This document shows, piece by piece, positions 28,415 to 36,514 of a stretch of 50,689 bases of DNA. The notes below the pieces were generated by a model. It saw nothing but the letters and a program-made list of their open reading frames with translations, made no database searches and was not told the DNA's origin. The DNA is from a virus (taxonomy: Duplodnaviria > Caudoviricetes). The stretch is from positions 1-50,689 of the IMG/VR virus record IMGVR_UViG_3300017766_002899, one strand, 5' to 3'. How positions within the stretch are numbered: the first letter of the stretch is position 1; the number at the start of each line of letters is the position of its first letter. The position numbers and the translations under genes are program-made.

Positions 28415-28744
28415 ATGGCCTCCAATACGGTCTACAAAGACGAGCTTATCCGGGTGGGCGTCCTCCTGGGTCTCCCCGACACGGCGGAGCCCGCGGAGAT
28501 TGGTGGCGCGATCACCGCGACCGCCGCCGGCTTTGAGGCGGAGGCCCAATTGCGCGGCGCCGCGGAGGCTGGCCGCAGCGTGGCCCGGGAAGGGCTTGAG
28601 GCCCTCTGCGTCGCCGCCGAACAAGCCGCCCTCGCACTTCTGCAACGCCGCGAGCGAGCCGGCGGAACCCAGGCTTACGCGGATATGACCGCCGTGGCCG
28701 ACGCCCTCACCGCCCAGGCGCGGCTTGCCCGGGAGCTTCTCTAG
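28415..28744 (+). CDS. Hypothetical helical protein
   Basis: ATG at 28415 after AAGGA; abuts the endolysin gene. Confidence 0.6.
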   Translation: MASNTVYKDELIRVGVLLGLPDTAEPAEIGGAITATAAGFEAEAQLRGAAEAGRSVAREGLEALCVAAEQAALALLQRRERAGGTQAYADMTAVADALTAQARLARELL

Positions 28745-29313
28745 TGGCCGTTGACCCGGAGTTGCTCAAGGACGTGAAGCGGGACGAGGGGCGCGTGGGG
28801 CGCTCCACCCCGCAAGGGTTCGTCCACACCGCCTATCCCGATCCGCTGTCCGCGCTGGCGGCATGGCTCCGGGGGGACAAGCGCCGCCCCCTCAAGAGCC
28901 CACGCCCGGCGGGTCTCTCCGGGGCGCCCTGGACGATTGGCTACGGCCACACCGGGCCGGACGTCTTCGAAGGGCTGGAATGGGGCGAGGTCCAGGCCCA
29001 AGCGGCGCTGGAGCGCGACCTAGAGGCGCATAACGACACGCTTGCGCGCGTGGCCCCATGGATCGCCAACCTTGATCCGGTGCGCCGGCGCGCCCTCCAG
29101 AACATGCACTTTAACCTTGGGTGGGATAACCCGCGCACGCCCAAGCTGGAGGGGCTCGCCGGCTTTGTCCGCACGCTGGGCATGATCCGGTCCGGGGACT
29201 ATGCGACCGCCTCCGCGGGGATGCTCGCCAGCCTTTGGGCCCGGCAAGTCGGGAGCCGGGCGGCCCGTCTCGCCCAGGAAATGAAGACGGGCCGTTATGG
29301 GCTCAAGACTTAG
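28744..29313 (+). CDS. Endolysin (GH24 lysozyme-like)
   Basis: DEG, AY.D, WTIGYGH, M.FNLG and S.WARQVG.RA.RL motifs. Confidence 0.88.
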   Translation: MAVDPELLKDVKRDEGRVGRSTPQGFVHTAYPDPLSALAAWLRGDKRRPLKSPRPAGLSGAPWTIGYGHTGPDVFEGLEWGEVQAQAALERDLEAHNDTLARVAPWIANLDPVRRRALQNMHFNLGWDNPRTPKLEGLAGFVRTLGMIRSGDYATASAGMLASLWARQVGSRAARLAQEMKTGRYGLKT

Positions 29314-29497
29314 GCGGGCGACCTCCGCGGCCTTGGGCGAGCGCGAGGCGCATTGCGGCTTGACGCTCCCGCATCGTGACGCCCAAGGCGATCAGGGCTT
29401 TCCGCACCGTGGACAGCGGCGCCCCGTACTTGCGGGAAATCTGGGAAATGCTAAGCCCGGCCCGGTAGTCCTCGCACCACAATTCGTAACTATTCAC
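29303..29497 (-). CDS. Small HTH protein
   Basis: Y..GLSISQISRKYG....TVRK.L...GV..R; GTG at 29497 with GGGAG RBS. Confidence 0.65.
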   Translation of the reverse strand: MNSYELWCEDYRAGLSISQISRKYGAPLSTVRKALIALGVTMRERQAAMRLALAQGRGGRPPKS

Positions 29498-29732
29498 TTG
29501 GAAGCTCCCAATAGCGCGACGGGGTGGCGAGGTCACTACCGGAGCCGCTAGGGTAAAAATCCCACTGTAAGCACGGCCTCGCGAAGCGATCCCAGCCGTT
29601 GCGGGCCTTCATTGTGGCGAACCACGGCTTGCGGCCCTCGTTCCTCGCCTCGTAAGGCGTGGGGTCGAATGCCACCAATAGCGGGACGCCAGTTGGGGCC
29701 TTCGCGGCGGGTTTGCCTTTGGTCCAGCGCAT
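29490..29732 (-). CDS. Hypothetical protein
   Basis: ATG at 29732 is coupled to the upstream stop. Confidence 0.55.
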   Translation of the reverse strand: MRWTKGKPAAKAPTGVPLLVAFDPTPYEARNEGRKPWFATMKARNGWDRFARPCLQWDFYPSGSGSDLATPSRYWELPSE

Positions 29733-30106
29733 TACTTTCCCCACCCCATCTTGATATAGCCGCGCTGGATTTGGCCCGGGTAGGCGCGCTGATAGCTGCG
29801 GCAAAAGCGCGTCCCGTCGGCGTTCTGGAGTTGCACCCGGAAGCGGGGGCGGCGGAAACCGTCGGCGTCACGATCCGGGGAAATGCCCAGGATACGCGCC
29901 TTGATCGGCTTGGGGTTGGCGTCCAGCCAAACGACGTCCCCGGGCTTGTACGCCACGCGGCGCAAGAACTCGTCATAGTCTGCGGCCAACCCGTAGTCCT
30001 CCCGCCCGTTGCCGGGCCGGTAGTGATCGGGCGCAATCGGGAGCGTGGCCGGGTCGGCGTCAAAGTCGATTTCCGGGTGGACGTCGGGGCGGATATGGTT
30101 GGACAT
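29732..30106 (-). CDS. Hypothetical early protein
   Basis: ATG at 30106 with GGAGA RBS downstream of a promoter. Confidence 0.7.
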   Translation of the reverse strand: MSNHIRPDVHPEIDFDADPATLPIAPDHYRPGNGREDYGLAADYDEFLRRVAYKPGDVVWLDANPKPIKARILGISPDRDADGFRRPRFRVQLQNADGTRFCRSYQRAYPGQIQRGYIKMGWGK

Positions 30107-30134
30107 TTTCAGGTCTCCGTTGCTTCTGGAAACC

Positions 30135-30163
30135 TTATTACGGACGTTTGACGGCCTCGTCAA
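30135..30163 (-). promoter_or_regulatory. Promoter/operator copy
   Basis: TTGACG-17-TAATAA; bases 30125-30154 are identical to 15082-15111. Confidence 0.72.
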
Positions 30164-30425
30164 CAAGCTTTTCAACCTCGTCCCAGGTCAGGCCGTGCGC
30201 TATGGCCGGCGCGCTCTTGCCTGCGCGAACCTCTGCGTCCGAGACCTGGGCGGCGTCGTGGACTCGGTAGCGCGTCTCGCAATACCCGTCCGCCTCCAGG
30301 GTGCGGACCTCATACACCGCAAAGCGGCTTTGGGGGCCGTAGAGGGTGACGGCGAGGGCATGGCCCTTGACCATAAAATTGTGGTCGCGAGAGGTCAGGA
30401 GGACCCGCCAGTTTGTGGCCCTCAT
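30138..30425 (-). CDS. Hypothetical protein
   Basis: ATGA overlap at 30425. Confidence 0.6.
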   Translation of the reverse strand: MRATNWRVLLTSRDHNFMVKGHALAVTLYGPQSRFAVYEVRTLEADGYCETRYRVHDAAQVSDAEVRAGKSAPAIAHGLTWDEVEKLVDEAVKRP

Positions 30426-30610
30426 GCCGCACACTGGGAGACACGGGCGCGAGCGGCGCCCATATCGTCCTGGACTTCGATAACGCCCGTGGCGTCTTCG
30501 ATGGACACGTAAGCGCCCAGGCCGAAACGGGAAACCCGCTCCACAAGGCGAAGCTCGCCCGACTGGGCGGCGATACGAATGGCGAAGTCGGTAGCGGAAG
30601 CGAAGCGCAT
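30422..30610 (-). CDS. Hypothetical protein
   Basis: ATG at 30610 with GGAGG RBS. Confidence 0.6.
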   Translation of the reverse strand: MRFASATDFAIRIAAQSGELRLVERVSRFGLGAYVSIEDATGVIEVQDDMGAARARVSQCAA

Positions 30611-30683
30611 AGGGGCCTCCCGGGCCTGGGACGCGGACCGGAATGGCCGCGTTTCCTTGTTTCTCTCTGCGTCGCTGGATTGG

Positions 30684-30712
30684 TATTTACGGACGTTTGA
30701 CGGCTCCGTCAA
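30684..30712 (-). promoter_or_regulatory. Promoter/operator copy
   Basis: Palindrome at 30697-30712; TTGACG-17-TAAATA; shares the ACGTCCGTAA segment with the copies at 15.1 and 30.1 kb. Confidence 0.68.
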
Positions 30713-30819
30713 GCCTTTACGCAAAGAAAAACGGCCCGCCCCCGATGCGCGTCAAGGGGCGGGCCGTCCGGTGTGGCGTAGGTGGGACCATTCGCAACGC
30801 CCCGACCTTTGCCGGTGTT

Positions 30820-30945
30820 CTAGCTCAAGGTCAAGAACCACCGCGCGACGCGATCCCAGAAGCGGGCCCACCGCCCGGGGTAAATCTCAAAGCCGGGACC
30901 GGACTTGGGCATGGCGACAAACTCCGAAGATCGGGACCACGCCAT
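30820..30945 (-). CDS. Small hypothetical protein (41 aa)
   Basis: ATG directly after the upstream TAA; MAWSRSSEF...RWFLTLS. Confidence 0.4.
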   Translation of the reverse strand: MAWSRSSEFVAMPKSGPGFEIYPGRWARFWDRVARWFLTLS

Positions 30946-31233
30946 TTAACGCCCCGCCACCAAGAGCGCCACACACTGGGACGTGAGGCCGCCCCCGAAG
31001 AACAAGACGCAGAGGCGCACCGGCGAGGGACCCAGCGTCAACACGGCGTAGGCGGACAGGAGGGCAAGCGCGAGCCCCAGGCCCACACCCACCGCCGCCA
31101 TACCGCGCTGGGCGGCGTACCGGGTCCACGCCTCCGGAGAGGGCGTCGCCACCTCTTGCCGGGCCTGGGGCTCCACGCGGTAGGCGTCCGGGCCGTAACC
31201 GTGGTCGGGGGCCTTGTGCCATTTAGCGGTCAT
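30946..31233 (-). CDS. Small membrane protein
   Basis: ATGA overlap, GGAG RBS and two hydrophobic segments. Confidence 0.6.
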   Translation of the reverse strand: MTAKWHKAPDHGYGPDAYRVEPQARQEVATPSPEAWTRYAAQRGMAAVGVGLGLALALLSAYAVLTLGPSPVRLCVLFFGGGLTSQCVALLVAGR

Positions 31234-31835
31234 TTGCGGTTCTCCAGAATGGTGACGCCGGGTTGGTACGGGTCCCAGATTGAGGCGGTAAGTTTGCGGT
31301 AGTCCTCGCCGCACCATTTGTAATTGGCGAGACATATTGCCGGCTGCATCCCTTCGAATAGCAGGGCGGCCCCTTCTGAAAGGTTTACGAGCGCGACCCG
31401 CGTAATTGCCTCCGGAGGGACGGCGCCCAGGTGCGCGCAAGTCCCCATGGCCTCAAGGCTCTTTTCCCAGGTCCCGCGGCCCGCGTGATCGTCCAGGCGG
31501 TTGCGATACCACACGGTCCGTTGGCGCATGGTCCAGCCGGCGGGGAGGTCATCTTGGCCGCGCCCCACTTGCTCCAATACGTCCTCGTCCGGGACGAGCT
31601 TGGGGAGACGGTCCGCTTCGACCTCCACCACCGCCACGTGGGTTTGCGGGCTGCGGCAATTGTTGGCGGCCTGGACGGCGAAATAGAGCGGATAGGCGTC
31701 CGTAAGGTAGACGGCCCGCGGGTGGGACGGGCTAGTGTGCGCCCAGTTCTGGCGGCCAACGTCTCGCCGTGGGCTCAAGCCCCGCGCTCGCGCCACCACG
31801 CCGACCGCGGCGGACGTTCCGTGGTAGAGCCTCAC
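31230..31835 (-). CDS. ADP-ribosyltransferase-fold protein (KptA/Tpt1 NAD lobe-like)
   Basis: LYHGTS...GLSP...VYLT...VVEV...VPPEAI; GTGA overlap start. Confidence 0.65.
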   Translation of the reverse strand: MRLYHGTSAAVGVVARARGLSPRRDVGRQNWAHTSPSHPRAVYLTDAYPLYFAVQAANNCRSPQTHVAVVEVEADRLPKLVPDEDVLEQVGRGQDDLPAGWTMRQRTVWYRNRLDDHAGRGTWEKSLEAMGTCAHLGAVPPEAITRVALVNLSEGAALLFEGMQPAICLANYKWCGEDYRKLTASIWDPYQPGVTILENRK

Positions 31836-32116
31836 TTGTGGGGCTCCCGAATTGACGCGGCGTAGGCGTCCAGTTGCCGGCCTTGCTCCGGGGTCAGGCA
31901 AACAATTGCCGTTTCCGTAACCTCGCAACCGATGGCCCGCGCATATTCCTCTATTGCCGCCGGCCCGTTTATACGGTTGGCAATCATGGCGCAAAGCGTG
32001 GGTGAGTTGGCGACTAACACAACTGCAAGCGCGTCGTGGAAATCCACCCCGGAAGTACCGGCATCCCGGGCCGTCTCTCGGATCGCCCGCGCAACTTGGT
32101 GAATGGTGACGCTCAT
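31832..32116 (-). CDS. Hypothetical protein
   Basis: Translationally coupled on both sides. Confidence 0.6.
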   Translation of the reverse strand: MSVTIHQVARAIRETARDAGTSGVDFHDALAVVLVANSPTLCAMIANRINGPAAIEEYARAIGCEVTETAIVCLTPEQGRQLDAYAASIREPHK

Positions 32117-32304
32117 TGGCCGCGCATCCTCTCGTAAAGCTCTTTGACCTCTGGGAAGTCGGTTTCGGTCTGGGTGATGAGGGCTTTACGCCGCTCCAGA
32201 ATTTTACGCCGCCAGCCGTCGGGGGCTCCGGGCGAAACGTAATCGCCTAGCTTCCGGGCCTTCACGTAATCGTAAAATTTGGAGTGCGTTAAGGCGTCGC
32301 TCAC
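32113..32304 (-). CDS. Hypothetical protein
   Basis: GTGA overlap at 32304. Confidence 0.55.
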   Translation of the reverse strand: MSDALTHSKFYDYVKARKLGDYVSPGAPDGWRRKILERRKALITQTETDFPEVKELYERMRGQ

Positions 32305-32549
32305 TGACCGCGAGCCCGCGCAACGTAAACCGGCATGGTTTGGGCGACCCAGCCTTGACCGCTCAAGAGCCGCACCGCCAGTTCCCGGGGCGGGAGGTCC
32401 ACGGAAACGTCCCGGGTTACCTCTACGTCTTCGCCCCATTCCTGGGCGGCGTCGCGCGCCGCTTTCTTGGCCGCGGCGAGGCTGGGGAATGCCGGAAAGT
32501 CCCCGGCGTCGCCCTGGTCAATTTGCGCGGTGTAAACCGTAACTCGCAT
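32301..32549 (-). CDS. Hypothetical early protein
   Basis: GGAGA RBS; first gene after a promoter. Confidence 0.65.
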   Translation of the reverse strand: MRVTVYTAQIDQGDAGDFPAFPSLAAAKKAARDAAQEWGEDVEVTRDVSVDLPPRELAVRLLSGQGWVAQTMPVYVARARGQ

Positions 32550-32575
32550 TGGTATCTCCGTAAGTTGCGGTAATA

Positions 32576-32604
32576 GGGTTATGCGCTTTTGACGGGGCCG
32601 TCAA
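32576..32604 (-). promoter_or_regulatory. Promoter/operator copy
   Basis: TTGACG-17-TAACCC; palindrome at 32589-32604. Confidence 0.7.
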
Positions 32605-32900
32605 CCCCGCACTTTGGGGTGGGTTCGGGGTCTGGGGAAGTGTTTGAAATTGTTGAGGTTCTAGCGATATTTTGAGGCTAGACCCCGCACTCCCCGCACT
32701 TTGAGTTTGGCCCTGTGTGGGCGTGTGCGCGCATGAGGCGAAAAACGCGAAAACGCTGGGAGTACGGGGAGTAGTGGGAAATGTCTAAAATTCTCTAATG
32801 AAAACAACAAAATTTGTTTGACGGTACTGGGTCAAGTTCGGGGAGTACGGGGTAAGTTAATGAAATCAAGGACTTGGTATTATGATACCGTAAGGCCGCC
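32605..32900. other. AT-rich non-coding region with oppositely oriented 9-bp repeats (candidate origin or pac region)
   Basis: CCCCGCACT at 32605, 32683 and 32692; AGT[AT]CGGGG at 32761, 32835 and 32844; AT-rich tracts. Confidence 0.5.
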
Positions 32901-32935
32901 TTGCGTGATTATGGAGCGTGGGGTAACGGTAAGTT

Positions 32936-33748
32936 ATGACAATGCATCCCAATAATCCCCGCCCGGAGGGCCTCACCGCCCGACAAGAGGCATTCTGTCA
33001 GGAATTCGCAAAGACCCGTTCTTTGCGGGCCGCCTATGCCGCAGCGTACAACGCGGAGGGCATGGACCCTCGCAAGGTTACGCACTTCGCCCGGGCAACT
33101 TACGACAGCCAAAACGTCAAGGCCCGGATTGCGGAACTTATCGAAGCCGGCGCCCAGGACACCGTGACCACCGTTGGCGAGGTGTTGCGCCGCTATCTGC
33201 TAATCGCGACCGCGGACCCCAACGAACTTATGAGCGTAAAGACGGGGTGTTGCCGGTACTGTCACGGCGACGCGCACGGCTACCAATGGCGGGTCCGGGA
33301 ATACGAGGAAGCCATGGACCGGGCGGACCGTATCAACGAGGAACGCCGGACGGCTGCGGACGGTCGGGCTTTCCGGGAAGAACCCTACCCGGACCCCGGC
33401 GGCGGCTTCGGGTTCGATGCGACGCGCGAGCCCCACCCGTTTTGCCCGGAGTGCCATGGGGAGGGCCTCCACCGCGTTGTGGTCAAGGACACCGACCAAC
33501 TGTCCCCCGCGGGCCGTGCGCTCTTTGGTGGGGTCAAGATGACCGCCCAGGGGCCGCAGATCATCATGGCCGACCAAGTCAAGGCGCTGGAGGCCGTGGG
33601 GCGCATCCTGGGTGCGTTCAAGGATGACAGCCCCAAAACCCTCCAGGTGGAGCTTAAGGGCATGACCCAGGTTGTGCGGACCGAGGCCAAGGACCCTCGC
33701 GAGGCCGCCCGCCTCTACCAAGATATGATCGCCGGGAAGCTGTCTTGA
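32936..33748 (+). CDS. Terminase small subunit with Zn-finger insertion
   Basis: LT.RQEAFC.E....AY..AY HTH, CRYCHG...CPECHGEG, and KALE..GR.LG.F. Confidence 0.82.
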   Translation: MTMHPNNPRPEGLTARQEAFCQEFAKTRSLRAAYAAAYNAEGMDPRKVTHFARATYDSQNVKARIAELIEAGAQDTVTTVGEVLRRYLLIATADPNELMSVKTGCCRYCHGDAHGYQWRVREYEEAMDRADRINEERRTAADGRAFREEPYPDPGGGFGFDATREPHPFCPECHGEGLHRVVVKDTDQLSPAGRALFGGVKMTAQGPQIIMADQVKALEAVGRILGAFKDDSPKTLQVELKGMTQVVRTEAKDPREAARLYQDMIAGKLS

Positions 33749-33773
33749 CGGGCGGGTCACTGGCGACTAGTGC
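33745..33773 (+). promoter_or_regulatory. Promoter/operator variant
   Basis: TTGACG-GGCG-GGTCAC; 17-nt spacer to TAGTGC. Confidence 0.5.
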
Positions 33774-33776
33774 GTA

Positions 33777-33880
33777 GGTCCCCAACCTGGAAGGGGAGCG
33801 ATAAAGCCGCGACCACGTGCGCGGCGATCCAGGACACCGCCCGCAACGGATTTCAGGTCCCGTTGCGGGCGGTTTGCGTT
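33777..33880 (+). ncRNA. Candidate structured small RNA (pseudoknot, hairpin and 14-bp terminal stem)
   Basis: Pairings TCCCC/GGGGA, CCTGGA/TCCAGG, GCCGCG/CGCGGC and a 33836-33849/33860-33873 stem; bounded by two promoters. Confidence 0.4.
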
Positions 33881-33885
33881 CTAAC

Positions 33886-33915
33886 TTGACGCACCGGTCA
33901 AACCGCCCATAACCT
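33886..33915 (+). promoter_or_regulatory. Promoter/operator copy
   Basis: TTGACG-CACC-GGTCAA followed by CATAACCT. Confidence 0.6.
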
Positions 33916-33941
33916 CCAGCCTCAACACTGGAGAAAGCCCT

Positions 33942-34031
33942 ATGTCGCAAGCCGCAGCCATTCGCCGCCGCAAGCAATTCGCCCAGGCCGGCAAGCGTGG
34001 CCCCAAGCCGTCGAAAGCCCCGAAAAAGTGA
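33942..34031 (+). CDS. 29-aa basic peptide
   Basis: GGAGA RBS; MSQAAAIRRRKQFAQAGKRGPKPSKAPKK; GTGA overlap with the next ORF. Confidence 0.55.
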   Translation: MSQAAAIRRRKQFAQAGKRGPKPSKAPKK

Positions 34032-34138
34032 TCCGGTCCGTGGGGTGGTGGATTTTCGATAACGTCCCGTTGGGGCCGCTCGCGCCTTGGGCGTTCGGGC
34101 TCTTGATTGGGCGCGTCCCTCGCAAGGTGAAAAAGTGA
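34028..34138 (+). CDS. 36-aa hydrophobic peptide
   Basis: GTGA overlaps at both ends. Confidence 0.5.
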   Translation: MIRSVGWWIFDNVPLGPLAPWAFGLLIGRVPRKVKK

Positions 34139-34341
34139 GGGTCCGGGAGCGCGACGCGCTGGCGGAGGCTTTCGCCCGCGATCCGGACCACCCGGAGCGG
34201 CCCGGTGTCGGGTACGCGGCCCGAAACTCCATGGCCCGGCGCGCGGCCTGGGCGGCTACCCGAAAACGCATGGAACGATACGCGCTGGACCCCCGGGAAT
34301 ATGCGGTGGAGTTCCCCGAAACTTTCCGGCTCCGTACATGA
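34135..34341 (+). CDS. Hypothetical protein
   Basis: Coupled overlaps with its neighbours. Confidence 0.55.
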   Translation: MRVRERDALAEAFARDPDHPERPGVGYAARNSMARRAAWAATRKRMERYALDPREYAVEFPETFRLRT

Positions 34342-34556
34342 CCCGCCGCCGGGGCCGTCTCGCGGAGTTCCGGGCGCGGCTCAAGGCTGCGGCCAAAGCG
34401 CCCGCCTATCACGCGCTCCGGACAGTCACCGGGGAGTGGAACGTCTGGACCCATGAGGCCGGGCGCAACATTATGAGGGCCGGGCCTTTTGACACCCGGG
34501 ATGAGGCTTTGGAATGGATCGAAAGCAATACGACGGCGAGCCCTTCAAGATCATAG
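34338..34556 (+). CDS. Hypothetical protein
   Basis: ATGA overlap; GPFDTRDEALEW motif. Confidence 0.55.
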   Translation: MTRRRGRLAEFRARLKAAAKAPAYHALRTVTGEWNVWTHEAGRNIMRAGPFDTRDEALEWIESNTTASPSRS

Positions 34557-34702
34557 GGCGGCGATCCGTGGACGGGCCGGACGAGTTGGTGGCGTACACC
34601 CGGAAGCCCATGGACGCCGCGCTCATGGCCCCTCACCGCGCTTGCGGGTGGACGGCCCTTCGCTACCGCAACGTCCAGAACCGGCGCACCGGGGATGCTT
34701 AA
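34514..34702 (+). CDS. Hypothetical protein
   Basis: GAGG RBS; fills the operon. Confidence 0.45.
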   Translation: MDRKQYDGEPFKIIGRRSVDGPDELVAYTRKPMDAALMAPHRACGWTALRYRNVQNRRTGDA

Positions 34703-34859
34703 GGCCCGCCCCGCCCCCGGCTACGTCGTCAAGTACGTGCGCGGGGCGCGGTGTTTCGCCCTGCTACTCCCCAACGGCCAGAACGAGGGGACGCGGTTTG
34801 CGAACAAGCGCGCCGCCTGGGTGAAGTCCTGGGTTCTCTGGGAAGCGGAGCCTAAATAA
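34695..34859 (+). CDS. Hypothetical protein (54 aa)
   Basis: MLKARPAPGY...; TAATG overlap with the next gene. Confidence 0.5.
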   Translation: MLKARPAPGYVVKYVRGARCFALLLPNGQNEGTRFANKRAAWVKSWVLWEAEPK

Positions 34860-35044
34860 TGGCCCTCCACTATGTCCGGTGGTTAGCTCCAGGCCACGCC
34901 CACCCACTCCGCCGCGACTTTCACACCAAGCGCGAGCGCGAGGAATTCCGGGCGCGTCTCCCCTATCTTAGCGAGGGCGGGTGTTACCCCAAGGACAAGC
35001 CGCCGGGCTGGGCTGATAAGAGATTGACGGCGCGGTCACGTTAG
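34859..35044 (+). CDS. Hypothetical protein
   Basis: GGAG RBS and TAATG overlap. Confidence 0.55.
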   Translation: MALHYVRWLAPGHAHPLRRDFHTKREREEFRARLPYLSEGGCYPKDKPPGWADKRLTARSR

Positions 35045-35060
35045 CGCAAGGCTGGCGGCC

Positions 35061-35666
35061 ATGACAAAAGGCCCCCTCACCGGCAACCACCCGAAAAAGG
35101 CGAAGACGTTTCCCAATGGCGTCTACGTCTACCCGGACCCCGAACCGACCTGGGATCGGAAGACCTCGTATTTTGTGGAGTACGGCGGCGAGCCGCGCGG
35201 GATGCTGGTCTATCATTCCGGCCAGTATTCCCGCGGCTGGGAAGGCCGTTCGCTCCTGGACAGCGACGTAAAATGGAAAGGCTCTAAATCGCGGGGCCCG
35301 AAAACCTGCGTCTATCTGGGTGACGCGACGTTTGCCGGCTGCGTGGACAAGTTCCCGTTTGCGGTGGAGGCCGGGCAATTCCCGACCGCCGCGGAGGTGG
35401 GGGGGATTGTCGCCCAGGCGGACCGCGACTTAGCCGCCAAGGCCGCGGAGGACGAGGCCGAACGAGCCGTGGACAAGTTCCCGTTTGCGGTGGAGGCCGG
35501 GCAATTCCCGACCGCCGCGGAGGACGAGGCCAAGCCCGCCGCGCTGGCGGAAGCCCTGGAGGGCCTCCGTTCGATCCGCGACACCTTTGGCGCGGCCCTG
35601 TCCAACCACGAAATGAGCGCGCTTAAATCCGCGATTGTGCGGCTGGGCGGAGGCAAGGACGAATGA
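35061..35666 (+). CDS. Hypothetical protein with internal duplication
   Basis: 201 aa; preceded by TTGACG-GCGC-GGTCAC (35024-35039). Confidence 0.7.
   Translation: MTKGPLTGNHPKKAKTFPNGVYVYPDPEPTWDRKTSYFVEYGGEPRGMLVYHSGQYSRGWEGRSLLDSDVKWKGSKSRGPKTCVYLGDATFAGCVDKFPFAVEAGQFPTAAEVGGIVAQADRDLAAKAAEDEAERAVDKFPFAVEAGQFPTAAEDEAKPAALAEALEGLRSIRDTFGAALSNHEMSALKSAIVRLGGGKDE
35342..35523 (+). repeat. 56-bp exact direct repeat
   Basis: Bases 35342-35397 are identical to 35468-35523. Confidence 0.9.
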
Positions 35667-35830
35667 AACCCGCTTGTCGATATTGCGGCGGCGTCCGCTT
35701 TACCACCACGGTAACCCAATACCGCAACGGCGCGGGCGGCCCGCTTTTCCGGGAGGTTGTGGTCCAGTCTTGCCCGGAGTGCCAACCCCTCCCGCGCGAG
35801 ACGCTTTCGTTCAAAACCAAGAGGGTCTGA
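35663..35830 (+). CDS. Small Zn-ribbon protein (55 aa)
   Basis: CRYC...CPEC; AAGGA RBS; ATGA overlap. Confidence 0.6.
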   Translation: MKPACRYCGGVRFTTTVTQYRNGAGGPLFREVVVQSCPECQPLPRETLSFKTKRV

Positions 35831-35833
35831 CCG

Positions 35834-36121
35834 GTGACCACCTACATTTCCGACACGCCCACCGGGGCCGGAGCGTTCTTCCTCTGGGCGGATGACGAGG
35901 ACGAGGCGTTTTGCGCCGCGCTGGCCGTCGGCGCCGGCCCGGAGCCCAGCCCATGGCACACCTCTTGGACGTGCTACCTTCTGACCGCGGAGCAAATGGC
36001 CGACGCGATAGACCTAGGCGTGACCATTACGGACCGTTTCGGGCCGGCGATTTGGTGCGCCAAGCGCGACAAGGACCACAAGCGGTTGCGTATTCTGGAA
36101 GATGCACGCGCTAGGGCTTGA
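35834..36121 (+). CDS. Hypothetical protein (possibly a divergent DUF4031-like)
   Basis: GAGG RBS; L.AD...E...F...W...Y.L......A...G pattern. Confidence 0.5.
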   Translation: MTTYISDTPTGAGAFFLWADDEDEAFCAALAVGAGPEPSPWHTSWTCYLLTAEQMADAIDLGVTITDRFGPAIWCAKRDKDHKRLRILEDARARA

Positions 36122-36154
36122 TCGCGGCGCGCAAATCGGGCCTACCTCTCCCTT

Positions 36155-36514
36155 ATGTCGGACCACCCGGACACACTCGCGACCATAGCCGCCGCCGTTG
36201 TGGCGCTGGGCGTCGGCGCGTTGTCGTCGCTGGTTACGTTCCTGGTTTCCAAGAGACCCGCCCAGGCCGCGGAGGTCACGGCGGAAGCCGCTTGGCAAAC
36301 CGCCATGAATGCGGGATTTGAGGCGTTGACCCAGCAATATGAGACGGCGAACCGCGCCTTGATAGGCAAGGTGGAACACCTGGAGGGGACGGTCCGAGAC
36401 CTCGCCCAACACGTGGAAAGCCTGGAGAGTATCTTACGGGCCAATGGCCTCCCGATCCCCACGCGCCCGGTCCCGGTCAACCTCCACGGCTTACAAGTGG
36501 TCTCGCCGCAATGA
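36155..36514 (+). CDS. Membrane-anchored coiled-coil protein (lysis-associated candidate)
   Basis: One N-terminal TM segment followed by a coiled coil. Confidence 0.6.
   Translation: MSDHPDTLATIAAAVVALGVGALSSLVTFLVSKRPAQAAEVTAEAAWQTAMNAGFEALTQQYETANRALIGKVEHLEGTVRDLAQHVESLESILRANGLPIPTRPVPVNLHGLQVVSPQ

Noticed and set aside
35342-35523. Repeat pair as DGR template/variable repeats
   Set aside because: The copies are identical with no adenine-specific differences, and no reverse transcriptase is evident.
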